DNA of 64,000 nt from Dimorphilus gyrociliatus. Taxonomy: Eukaryota > Animalia > Annelida. Position numbers and translations under genes: made by a program. A model generated the notes under the pieces. It was given only the letters and a program-made list of their open reading frames with translations. It was not told the DNA's origin and did not search any database. The stretch lies in assembly GCA_904063045.1 (NCBI GenBank), contig CAJFCJ010000013.1, positions 788,156-852,155 of the forward strand, given 5' to 3'. Positions 12,215 through 23,692 of the stretch are shown piece by piece. How positions within the stretch are numbered: position 1 is the stretch's first letter; each line of letters begins with the position of its first letter.

Positions 12215-14053
12215 ATGAAAGTTGTAATGATTTCAAAGGTAATTATGTACTTTATGAATATATTGAATATTTTCATATGATTATTTTTACATAAAGTTCG
12301 ATTATAAAAATCTTTAGAAATAAAGAGAGAGAGAGAGAGAGAGAGAGAAAGAGTGAGAGAGAGAAAAACAGGGAAAAGAGATAAAGTAGAAAAAATGATA
12401 AAGCTTTAATCCGTTGAATAAGTTTTGAAGTTTTATAATATAGTTATGGTGTTTTTAAGTGTATTTTAAGTAAATCTTTGAATATTCTAAAGTATCTTTT
12501 ATCCTATTTCATTACAGATTAGTTAAAAAATAATCGTCTTCCTTATAAACTGCAATAAATACTGTAAAAAAAATTATCTATATTAAAAAGTACTCAATAT
12601 TATATAAAATACATTAATTAGCATAATGAAAGAGTTATTATCACAAATTTCCGCTCATATAAATATGTTACCGGTCAATTATTTGAAGGGTATCTGTATG
12701 CAACATATTTTTTGCATTAGGCCTAGATGTACATTACATTAATCCATATCTTTTTGTTTTTTCCCCCTTCTCCCCACCTCTTTCCTGATAATAAACAAAC
12801 TAGATATTCCGAAAAGTTGATAAGCTAAGACCAATAGTTTGCTGCTATTACCATGGCGGAAAAAGTTTCAAGGCTTCCGAATTGGATATTCAATTGACCA
12901 AAACTCCAAATCCCAAACCGGATGACAAAAATTTGCCATTTGGTAAGACTTTTTCGGATCATATGCTAAATATAGACTGGGATCCGAAAATGGGATGGTC
13001 CAGACCAAAAATTTTACCTTTTCAAAATTTTAGCATGCATCCAGCTAGTAAGGTTTTCCATTATGGAATTGAGGTTTGTTTTGTTTGTTTTTCTCATTTA
13101 AGATGTTTCATTCTCTTTATTTTTAGCTCTTCGAAGGATTGAAGGCCTATAGGGGTGCAGACAATGTTATCAGATTATTTAGACCAGATAAGAATATGGA
13201 AAGAATGATTGAGACGGCGAATCGGTGCGAATTTCCAGATTTTGATGGTAATGAACTGATCGGTTGTATTAAAAAATTGATAAGCATCGATAGAGATTGG
13301 GTACCAAATTCTCAATCATCGACTCTCTATATAAGACCAAGTATGATTGCTACAGAACCATGTATTGGGATAGGTTTTTCGAATCAAACGAAATTGTTCG
13401 TGATTACTGGACCAGTTGGAGCCTATTATCAGACTGGACTTAAACCAGTTTCCCTCTTAGCCGATCCTCAATTCGTTAGAGCTTTTGAAGGAGGAACCGG
13501 ATACTATAAAATGGGATGTAACTACGCGCCAACCATTCAAATTCAATTGAATGCTCTAAACGACCATAATTGCCAACAAGTTTTATGGTTATACGGTCCT
13601 GAAAGGGAATTAACGGAAGTAGGGACCATGAATATATTTATCTATTGGATTAATGAAAGCGGCGAAAGGGAACTGATTACTCCATCTTTAGAAAAGAAGA
13701 TAGTGTTACCTGGTGTTACTAGATTATCTCTACTTGAGCTAACAAGAAAAAAGAAGAAATTTAAGGTAACTGAAGGCAGAATAACAATGAGTCAAATAAT
13801 AAAAGCCTTGAATGAGAATCGTCTAATAGAAATGTTTGGTTCGGGAACAGCTTGCGTAGTTTGTCCAGTAAATAAAATTCTATACGATAAAGAATGGTAT
13901 GAAATTCCAACTATGGAACAAAAGGAGCCACTTTGTTTGCAATTATACAGCGAACTAACTGATATCCAATACGGCCGAAAATCATCAGATTGGGTAGAAG
14001 AAGTTGTAGAGAGTACCAATGAAAAAGATGTTCTTTCCAACTATAATTTATGA
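12215..14053 (+). CDS. BCAT: Branched-chain amino acid aminotransferase (PLP-dependent, class IV); core exons 12804-13073 and 13127-14053; candidate first exon 12215-12238
   Basis: Motifs SFKASEL, FGKTFSDHML, VFHYGIE|LFEGLKAYRG, YIRP, catalytic YKMGCNY, EVGTMN, LPGVTR and GSGTACVVCP (CxxC). ATG AAA GTT GTA ATG ATT TCA AAG|GTAATT joins the 12804 exon in phase 0. Confidence 0.95.
12324..12364. repeat. (GA)n microsatellite
   Basis: Direct inspection. Confidence 0.9.
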
Positions 14054-14367
14054 TCAGTCATTATTAATTAACAATCCTTTTTATCTCTTTGTTTATTAGA
14101 CAAACTATATCAGTTTTAATCATAGATTAGACAATTTACGAAAATTAATAATATGAAAAAAAAGAACAATAAAAAACCTATCGTAAATAGTCAATACATT
14201 TTCTTTTATCATAAAATGTCATAAGTTTGTCATAGATTTTGAACAAAATCGGAACTTCATTAAATTTCTCCATTCACGATATTCGTTAAAAGATTGATTG
14301 TTAAGATTGTTAAATATTAGATGAAAATTGAAGATAGAGAGAAGGACAATATTTTGATTAATTCTTA

Positions 14368-17300
14368 TCAGAAATAATTAAACTTGAAGAAAACTTGTGA
14401 CAAAGATATAGAAATAAAAAGATAAAAAGTATTAATAAATACAGTTGGGGCACTACTCTTTCCTTTGATTATAGCTGTATTGCATCTGTCGCCTGTACAG
14501 CATACTGAACATTCTGTCACTTTTATATTGCCATCCGCTGATTTACATACTTGATTCTTATCGGAGCAAGTCTCATTTACACATCCTCTAGAAATGTGGA
14601 TAGTTCCATTTTCGAATTTGGTGTGGGACATCTACAATAAGTTTTTAAAAGTATAAATACTGCGTTACTATTCTCGGAGATAGAATTTCAACCTTGCAAG
14701 ATTTAGTACTTCCCAGGCCGGGACAAACCGTATTTGTTGAATTTGTGTCTAATATTTCTTGAGCACAAGCGGAATCTTCTCCAACTCCGCTACAGGCAAG
14801 GCAAGATTCTATAGGAAATTATATTTCTCATTAGATTTTTGTTTGTTTGTTAATTTATCTGTTCTTTACCTGCACAGTTGAAACTATCAGGAGTAAGAAG
14901 GAAAGGAGATTTGCATTGAGAACAATAAGGTTTTTTGTCAAAGCAACTGTTACAACCACTTATACCGCAACCTACAAAGTTTTAATTACAGTTAGTTTTT
15001 TTAGTTGTTTAATCTAAATGCCGTTCTTTTAATAACTTACTTATGCAGGCGGTACCGTCGTCCTTCAGTACGTAGTCGGCCTTACACGCAGTGCATTTAA
15101 ATGTGCTTTGTGAGTCCAGGGAGCATTGGGAGCATTGAGGAAAGTTTTCAGAGCAAGCTATTCGTTTTCAAAGAAAAAAGAAAATTATCATTCTTATCTT
15201 ATCTCTGTTATGTCATTGTTTTGTTTGTTTTACCTTTACATTTTCCATCGGCAGCCTTAAAATGTGTTGATTGGCATTGAGAACATGCGTCGGCTGTTGT
15301 ACACGAGGCGCAGTTTGCAGGACAATTGGTGCACGCTTTAGCAGCTGCATCGAAGAAAGTACCAGATTGACATGATGAACAGGATTCACCATCCGAGCAG
15401 GATAAGCACTTGCTAATGCAGTTCTTACAGACTTTTGCAGTATCGTCAAAGTATGCGCTAGAACTTTGGCATTTATCACAACTGTCCGCTGATGTACAAG
15501 TTGCGCAACTGGTCGGACAGGCTGAGCACGATTTTGCAGTGTCGTCCCAAAATTTAGTTGCCGCACATTTACTACAAGATTGCCCATCTGAACATTCCAA
15601 ACAAGAGGCAACACAAGGTAGACAATTGGTTCCAGTACTATCTTTATAAAACTGTCCCATACAGGTATCGCACTTGGTCTTATCGGAAGAGCAATCGGCA
15701 CAATTGGCAACGTCGCAAGAGGTGCAGGTTTCCAAGAATTTTGTGTCCATGCAAGTTAAACAGGAAATTGTTCCCCCAGTAGCGTCTTTTTTACAAGTAA
15801 CGCAGTTTGCGCTACTTGTATGGCATTTCTTTTCAGTTTCGTCCCAACATCTATTACTCAGGCACAACGAACAAGATGTAGCACTTGTACATCGAGCACA
15901 ACCGTCCATGCAGTCTATCGGAAGAACGATTTTGTTTGAGGAGATAATGATTACAAAAGCTACAACTTACTCTCGCAAGATTTCTTCGCAGCGTCCCAAT
16001 ATCTTTCATTCTTGCAAGTAGTACAAACAGTGCTGCTCGAGCATACATTGCAGTTGTTTGGGCATGCTTTACAGGAATAATTTTGCGATAGTTAGCTAAT
16101 TTATTTCTGTAATAAATTAATAATAATAATAATATTTACCGGAACAAGATTTCGCACTAACGAAGAAGCCTGATCCACAAGCTGTACAACCTTGATCTGT
16201 TTCACAAGTGGAACAGGAAGGATGGCAAGCTGTGCAGACTTTTGCAGTTGTATCGAAATAATGATTAGCGTTACAAGTTTTACAGGTAGTTCCGTCAGCG
16301 CATTCGGAGCATTTGGTAACGCAAGCTAAATAATAAAAGAGAAGAGATTGAATGACAATGATCCTATAACGTAAGAGAACAAACCTTTGCATGATGTTGA
16401 TCCAGAGTCCCAATAAGTTCCGGCAATACATTTATCACAATTATCATTGGCTGTACACTTTAGACAATTTTGAACGCATGAAACGCACTCTGTTCCAGTC
16501 CAGTGTCTTCCAATGCTTGCTTGAACATTGCAGATGTTGCACTTTTCCTCCGTATCCAAAGTCATTCCTACAGTACACTGCTTACATTGGAAAGCATCTG
16601 GTGCTGCTTCATGGCGATAATATCCATTTGTTGAACATTTAGTACAAGTAGAACTGGAAGGACATTCAACACAGCCTTCTGAACATTTTCGACATTGGGA
16701 GGCCGCTGTTTCAAAGTAATTACCCCAGACTGCGGTACCGCATGATTTACATTCAGGTTCAGTTTCAATGAGACAATCTGAAGGAGAACAAAAAAAAAAT
16801 AAAGGATAATATGTGAATTTTAATTTTAATACTATTCCTTACCTGTGCATGATGATCCTGACCAAATTTTTCCAGTAGTACACATACTGCAAGAAGTTGG
16901 AGAAGAGCACGTTTCGCATTCGTTCGGGCAACTCTTACATTCGTTATCGTGCCAAACCTTTCTGGCGCATTGAGCACACTTAGCCGAAGAATCTAGAGTA
17001 CCAGAAGCACAGTTCATGCATTCTGATCCATCCCAGAACCAACCAGTCTTACATTGAGTACAAGTATCTTCGTCACAAGATGCGCAATTCATATCGCATT
17101 CTATAATTAGAAGAGAAAAGCGCAAATTTAAAACGAGTTGAATTGAACGACTAATCAACAGAGAAATAAAAAAAGAGGCAAAAATTTACTATAGCAGACA
17201 CCGGAAGCCATCGTCCAAGCTTTAGGCTGCATTGTTTTAGTTGCACAACCCATACATCTATCCGCCGAATGAATTCTTCCGGTTGTACAATTCATTGGAG

Positions 17301-20300
17301 TATCTAATTAAAAATTCATAAAGAGAATCTCGTTATTTGGTTATTTAAACAGACAAAAGAAAAAGATAAAACCTCTGCAAAGAGAAGATGAACTCTCCCA
17401 ATATTTATCCTCGCATTGATTACATTTTCGTTTAGTATTTAAATTCTGAGCGCAATTTACGACTAAATTGATAATAATGCGTTAAATGATTGTATAGAAG
17501 GTAATAAGGAAGATATAGCTGATTGTTTATCGTTACCTTTACAAGTTGTATCGCTCGGATCCCAGTATGTTTTTGGACATCTTTCGCATTTGATTTCATC
17601 AAGTGTTGAAGGATCATTCGGACAGACACCAATTTCTAAAGGTTTATAATAAGAAAAATGAATATAAATAACGTAAATAAGGAGGCTTACGTTTGCATTC
17701 AGCCAATTTCCAAATTAGTTGTTTGCAACTATTACATTTAGATTTTGTAGTTTTAGTTTCGGCAATTGTGCAATCCTCAGACATCACTGAAAAGAGATAA
17801 AGAGGGAAAACAATGATAAATGTTCATAAAGATAATAGAATTCTCTTACAAACGCAAGTGCCATTCTCCCAGAATACACCTTCGAATCTACAGGCATCGC
17901 ATTCAAGTTGTTTTGTGAAAGTTGCGAAGGTACTACAATCGGCCACAGCTAGAAGAAAGATGAATAATTTATACCCCATTTATATTGAATGCTTGAGTTT
18001 ACTTACTTTTACAAATGTTACTTTCAAAATAACGTTTGGGACAGGAATTACAAGCAGCTTCAGTTAGAGATGTGGCACCGCAATCGACAGCTGGAAAGAG
18101 TTTTTTTAAATTAGTACCGATTAATAACAATATATTTATAACTTGCCTTGGCATTCGTTTGATCCTGTATCCCAATTTTTACCTCTACATTGTTCACATT
18201 TAGTTTGATCAAAGGCACCAGAACAAGTGGGAGCAGCACAAGTACCGCTCCATACTTTTCCACAAGCTTCACACTCTAGCTGAGTGGTAGGAGCTGAGCA
18301 ATCTGATGCCTCAGTGCAGGTGCCATTGAAATAATAGTTGTACCAAGGTGCGCAGGAATTGCATTTATCAGCAGTATCAAGTCCAGCTAGATTAGTACAG
18401 TCCACTGTGGAACAGGTACCGCTAAAGTATCGGCCAGGACAAGCGTCACACTCTGCTTGATCACTTACATCGGCAATAGGTCTGGAACAATCGACGACTT
18501 GGCATTTATTAGCCATCCAAGCGTGATAAGGGCATCTTGAACATTTCATTTCGCTTCCAGAAAATTCTCCTTGACATCCTTCCGGAAGAGGTATACAAGT
18601 ATCGGGTTGCCAATAATTCAAATCACAAAGTTCACACTTCTGCTCCGAGTTTAAAAGTGCTAGATTATTGCAATCACTAGCATCTACGGATGAAGGGAAA
18701 CAATAGATTAGTTGAAATCTTTAATTAATATAATAGCTGTTAAATAAATAACGAACGGAAACAATCGTTGCTAATCCATCCCTTATTTGGGCATGCATTA
18801 CATTGAGTTTCAGTCAATGAACTCTGACTACAGTCAACATCTAGGATAAGGGTAAAATAGTTCGTTAAAATTGTTTTATTATACAAAGTATATCTTTTTT
18901 CGATTTTGAAGAGAGAAAAAACCAACCAGTGCATTGTCCACTCGCCCAGAAGAGAGATCTATCACTTTCGGGGCATTGCCCACATTTTCCAGCGGAATTT
19001 TTATCAGCAAATGCTGCTGGGCAAGTCTGGCAAGAAGATTCCCAATATTTATTAGGACAGGCTTGGCATTTAGCCTGAGAATTTAAATTAGCCGCTACGC
19101 AAGCTTTTAACAAAATTAATAGTATAATTTCTATATTAACATAATTATTAATCAATTATTTACCTTTGCAAGAGTTCGAATCCCAAACTTTACCATCGAT
19201 ACAACGTTGACAATTATTTGCCGCTGTACACATTAAACAATCCGTTGGACAGTCTAAAAAATAATGTAAAATGATGAATATTCACGAATAAATTACTACG
19301 AAATTAAAATAATTACAATCGCATTGATTACTATCCCAAAATCTTCCCAAATTTGTCTTCCTACATTTTGAGCAAGTTGTTGAAGTTAGAGAAGGACAAG
19401 CTAATTTTAATAAGAATTTTCATTTTAATTAATCATATATAAAGTTTTCCTTTCATCCTTCTAACCTTCGCAAGCATTATCTGTAGTTAATCTATATTCC
19501 TTATCGCACTCTGAACAACCAGTTCCATCTGCGTACTCTGAACAATGACTAGCAGCTATGACAAAACAAATTGGTATAGTTAATTATCATTTGGTTGATT
19601 TTTTTATTTGTTTATACATACAATTACACTTAGTTTTATCTGAAGTTAACCAATATCCCAACTCGCATGATTTACAACCTGAGCTTGTTTCGCAATTACC
19701 GCAATGATCGATACAATCTGCATATTTAGGCGTATTGGTTAAAAAAAAATAGCTAACTTTTAATACTTTTCTACTGACTTATGCATGTTGAATCTTTGAA
19801 ATATTTTCCAGTTGCGCACAAGTCGCAAGTACCTGCACTTTTGCATTTAAGGCATAGTAGATTATCGCCAAGACAAGCTTTAAATTAGGAGGACAAATTA
19901 GATATAAAGATATATTACAGTTTTTTTTACAGTTGTTTAAATATCTTACCTGCACATTGTTTAGTAGAATCTAAATAAAATCCTTGGTGGCAAACCTCAC
20001 ACATTGACGAAGATTTACACTGAGCACAGTTTGCAGGACAATCGGCGCATTGAATTTCGGATGGTTTATTAAAATAAACGGCCATACATTTTGTACAATC
20101 TTTTGTAGATGTACATTCTGCGCAGTTACCAGGACAAGCTGAACATTTTTTATCATCAGTTAAAAAGTAACCAGTTTGACATTGTGTACAAGTTGTCTTA
20201 TAGTCGTTGGATGGTTGAGTACACGAAAGGCAATTTGAAGGACAACCTGTAGTTTGTTTTTTTTTGGTAAGAAAATATTAATAAGATGAGAGAAATTATG

Positions 20301-20498
20301 ACAAACGAACGCACTTAAACACTTTAATTTGTCTTTTGATAATAGTTTGCCTGCTGAACAATCCATACAAATAGGATCGGGATTAGGGCACGTTTTACAA
20401 TTAGTTATAGCTGTACAAGCTTCTTCTTCAGCACTAGTTGGTACGTATAAATTGAGAAGAACTATTAAGAGTAAGATCTCAGTCCTGAACTTCTTCAT
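14368..20498 (-). CDS. Secreted, probably GPI-anchored Cys-rich protein: signal peptide, many furin-like/CxxC repeats, C-terminal Ly6/uPAR (three-finger) domain; roughly two dozen short exons
   Basis: ATG at 20498 starts MKKFRTEILLLIVLLNLYVPTSA. Exons encode CxxCxxCxxxxxCxxCxxGY/FY/W repeats, and those I traced are mostly flanked by phase-1 introns. The last exons give CLACSG...C...C...C...RGC...C...C...CCTGDRCN followed by a hydrophobic tail with no cytoplasmic part. The exon count is approximate. Confidence 0.85.
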
Positions 20499-21143
20499 TT
20501 CTTCGTTTTGTTTATTGTATGTTTTTTCCTCCTTCAAACTTGATGTTCTTATACCTATTTCTCGTTTGTTCTTACTATCTCGATTCCCTAAAAGTCTGTT
20601 CATTCTTCTTGACTTTATATACAAAAATTTTAAAATCTGTTTACGTATCCAAGGTAATACAACAAACAAAAATAATAGAGTAATTGGTAAAGTGATATTT
20701 AATTAAATATTGAAACTTATAGCTTACACAGTGAAAGAGGGTAAAAAGGCGAAAGCTGTTTATAAAACATATTTATTAAGATTACACTTAATCTTACGAA
20801 ATAAAAAAAACAATACAGAAATCTACTCAAAACTTTATTTTACAAACTTTACAAACTTGATAAACATATATCATTTTATGTAAATTTAATTTGTTAACTT
20901 AATTAGCCCTAACCTTTGACCTTTTTAACTTATTTAGTGTGCTATATAATATTTGTATTATTCTTTAAAAGCTAGTAATGAAAGAAACAAATCGTTTCTG
21001 TTTTTTCTTTTTTTGTCCGTAATAATTATCATCTAATACAAACGAATCAATTTATTATTGAATAATAGGCCTACTAAGTAAATAGTTCACGCATAACATA
21101 GAGGCGTTTAGTTTTGTTTTTTTTAAAAAAAAATAATAAGTTT

Positions 21144-22526
21144 TTAATAGTTAACTTTGAAAAGATGACAAATGGATTGTATATACTTCATAATGCTTAT
21201 CTTGCCTTGATTGTATTGTTCCCGGCAATTAATAGCAAATTGCCATTTAACCTTTTCATCAGCTTTCTCGATTGAAGGTGTTTCTAGTTTGTCAAGGATT
21301 GAATAAGATTTATTTTGTATACTCATAACAACGTCTATAAAATTCCATATATGTGGATTTGGGGTTAGGGTAAAACCTTTTTCTAATTGATAGAGTTGAG
21401 CGCAATTTGAAGATCTAGGAACAAACGGTCCCGGTTCATCCGCCCATAAACAAGGTGGAAATTTAGCATTAGGTCCCACAAAATTCTCCCAAACATAATT
21501 TATAAATCGATTTAATCTTTTATCATGGATTGGTTGAATTTCGATTAATTTCTGAAATACACCTTGAATTTCATCCGATCGAACGAAAGCCATACCAAAG
21601 AAATTAATTAACCAGTTGGAGACGGTCTTATCGTATCTATAGGCCGATAAGAGATCGTATTCGAATATTTTCCAATAGAATTTTCTCGATAAATTGAATC
21701 TACAACATTTAATAGTGGATTTTGGGAAAGTTATTTTGAAAGCTTCGATAGCATTACTTTCAAATTCAAGAATTAGATTTTCTGGTTGAAAATCTTGTCC
21801 ATATTGTAATGCGATACTTTTTAGGCAATTTAATATGTGTATATAATTCTTTAATGTATTTTCTGGTAGGAGAAAATATATAAGTGGCACGTAATGACCA
21901 TTAACAAATCCATGTAGAGTAAATAGCTGTTCAAAATATTTTGGGCAATAATTTTGGGTTGTATCGCCTAAAAAATAACTAAAATCTGATAGTTTTTGTA
22001 GATTAGTATCGCAGGAAAGGCCTATTATTTCATTTTTAGTATCGTTTAGAACAAGGAAACTTTCTTTTCTTGTTGTTTGTAAATTAAAACTTTCGATATT
22101 TGCTTGTAAATCTGCCCGACTTTGAGGTAATTTTCCATACTTTAATCTTTTAACGCGATAAACGGCTTCCTGTATTGATTTCTTATCCGAAGAATTCAAT
22201 AAATATTCCTTGTTTGTAAATTCCTTTTTCATTAATCTAGACGGTTTGGATAAAGGTTGACACTGCTCTTTAGCTATTTTCTTACAGGCATTTCGAATAA
22301 TATGCCTTTCAACAGATTGGCTAGGTAGGCCTTGATGATTATGTATACCTTTAACATTGACGATATTTTCGCTCTTTGAATCCGTTTCAATAGAACAACT
22401 ACACATTTTATTCGTACAGTACCAAGAAAACAATTCATTCTTCATCTTCCTCTTGAAAGTGAATTTATAACCATTCAGAATGATGCAGGGTCTACCCTTA
22501 TTGGACGTGGTAAGGCTAAATTCCAT
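21144..22526 (-). CDS. FLYWCH zinc finger plus Mutator (MULE) transposase-derived protein; intact single coding exon with degenerate catalytic residues, probably domesticated
   Basis: N-terminal NGYKF...WYCTNKMC...HNH. The MULE core reads DTTQNYCP..FEQLFTLH..PLIYFLLP..EFE.NA.EAF...FP...IKCCRFN...W...RSSN. A putative 5'UTR intron runs 22789-22538. I noticed no terminal inverted repeats. Confidence 0.88.
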   Translation of the reverse strand: MEFSLTTSNKGRPCIILNGYKFTFKRKMKNELFSWYCTNKMCSCSIETDSKSENIVNVKGIHNHQGLPSQSVERHIIRNACKKIAKEQCQPLSKPSRLMKKEFTNKEYLLNSSDKKSIQEAVYRVKRLKYGKLPQSRADLQANIESFNLQTTRKESFLVLNDTKNEIIGLSCDTNLQKLSDFSYFLGDTTQNYCPKYFEQLFTLHGFVNGHYVPLIYFLLPENTLKNYIHILNCLKSIALQYGQDFQPENLILEFESNAIEAFKITFPKSTIKCCRFNLSRKFYWKIFEYDLLSAYRYDKTVSNWLINFFGMAFVRSDEIQGVFQKLIEIQPIHDKRLNRFINYVWENFVGPNAKFPPCLWADEPGPFVPRSSNCAQLYQLEKGFTLTPNPHIWNFIDVVMSIQNKSYSILDKLETPSIEKADEKVKWQFAINCREQYNQGKISIMKYIQSICHLFKVNY

Positions 22527-22981
22527 ACTACAGATATCTAGAAAAGAATAAAATAAGGAGATGCAAAAGAGCAGCTAACAATAAACCAAAATAGAAAATC
22601 TTTAAAGAGTATATCATGAATATTGATAACTTATTATTTATTTTTATTGCAAGGCGTTAAAAAAATATAAAAGATTACCTAACAAACTTATATCTTCGTT
22701 CAAATCTTATTTACAAACATGCTCTCCAAATGAGACAAATGGTAAGAGCAAAAGCGGAAGAAATTAGTAAATAGTAATTAAATACTTACAAAAAAAAGAT
22801 ACTTTATGTCTGAAGTTACTTGGCAAACTGACTTTGGCAAACATTAAAAGTATGCCAAGTTAGTCAGAGATTTAATATATATATATATATTTGTTAATAT
22901 TTAATTATGATTTATTAACAAAAAACTCGTACTTTTATTTATAATCTAAAGTATCGTTATTTCATAACAAGCTGTAGCTAT

Positions 22982-23001
22982 TTCTCTCTCTCTCTCTCTC
23001 T
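22982..23001. repeat. (TC)n microsatellite
   Basis: Direct inspection. Confidence 0.85.
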
Positions 23002-23692
23002 TTCGCTTGTCTCTTTCTTTCTCTTCCTTTCCGTTTCAATATCCGATAAGAATTAACTTAACCGATGGAGTGCAAATAACTTTATGGCCTCTTGAAATCT
23101 TCTTTTTTTAAGTACAAACAAGTTAATTTAAATAAAAACGACTGTCTTAGTTACAATCTGAAGAGATTTATCTGCAGTTCAAAGTAATTTTTCATTCTAT
23201 ATTATTTATTACTTCCGTCTCGTTGAAAAATGGTTTTAGTCATAAAAAAACAAGTAACAAATGGTAAAAGTTCACTAAAAAGATTAGACTTTTTCCATTT
23301 CGAACGATAATTTTCAGCCCAAAAAAACAGCTTGTTTTTCTGTTTGAAACGTTAAAATATGAGTTATTGATTAGGAAACGAATAAGAATATCTATAAATA
23401 AAATAGATTATTGCAAAAAACATGATTTATTCTTAATAATATTATCTACTAAACAAGGCGGATAGTTACTATCTTTAATTAAAAGTAGCAATCTAATAAA
23501 AATGTTTCTCTTCATTTTTATGACTAATCATAAGAATATGATCTCTTGGCGTTATTATTTCTCGACTTATTTACACTCGACATGTGGTTAATCGAATTAG
23601 ATCCAAAGCGTCTAATTGGGTTGAGCAAATTTTATATTGACAAACGCTAATCGTTTTAAAGCCACTTGCAGAAAGGCGTTGATAAGTGAAAC

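Noticed and set aside
15213-20706. Many overlapping ORFs on both strands in the Cys-rich gene
   Set aside because: Alternate-frame or antisense shadows, or exon-plus-intron read-through. Only the Cys-periodic frames join across splice sites.
21144-22526. Active Mutator transposon
   Set aside because: Catalytic residues are altered and I saw no TIRs or TSDs. Reported as a transposase-derived gene instead.
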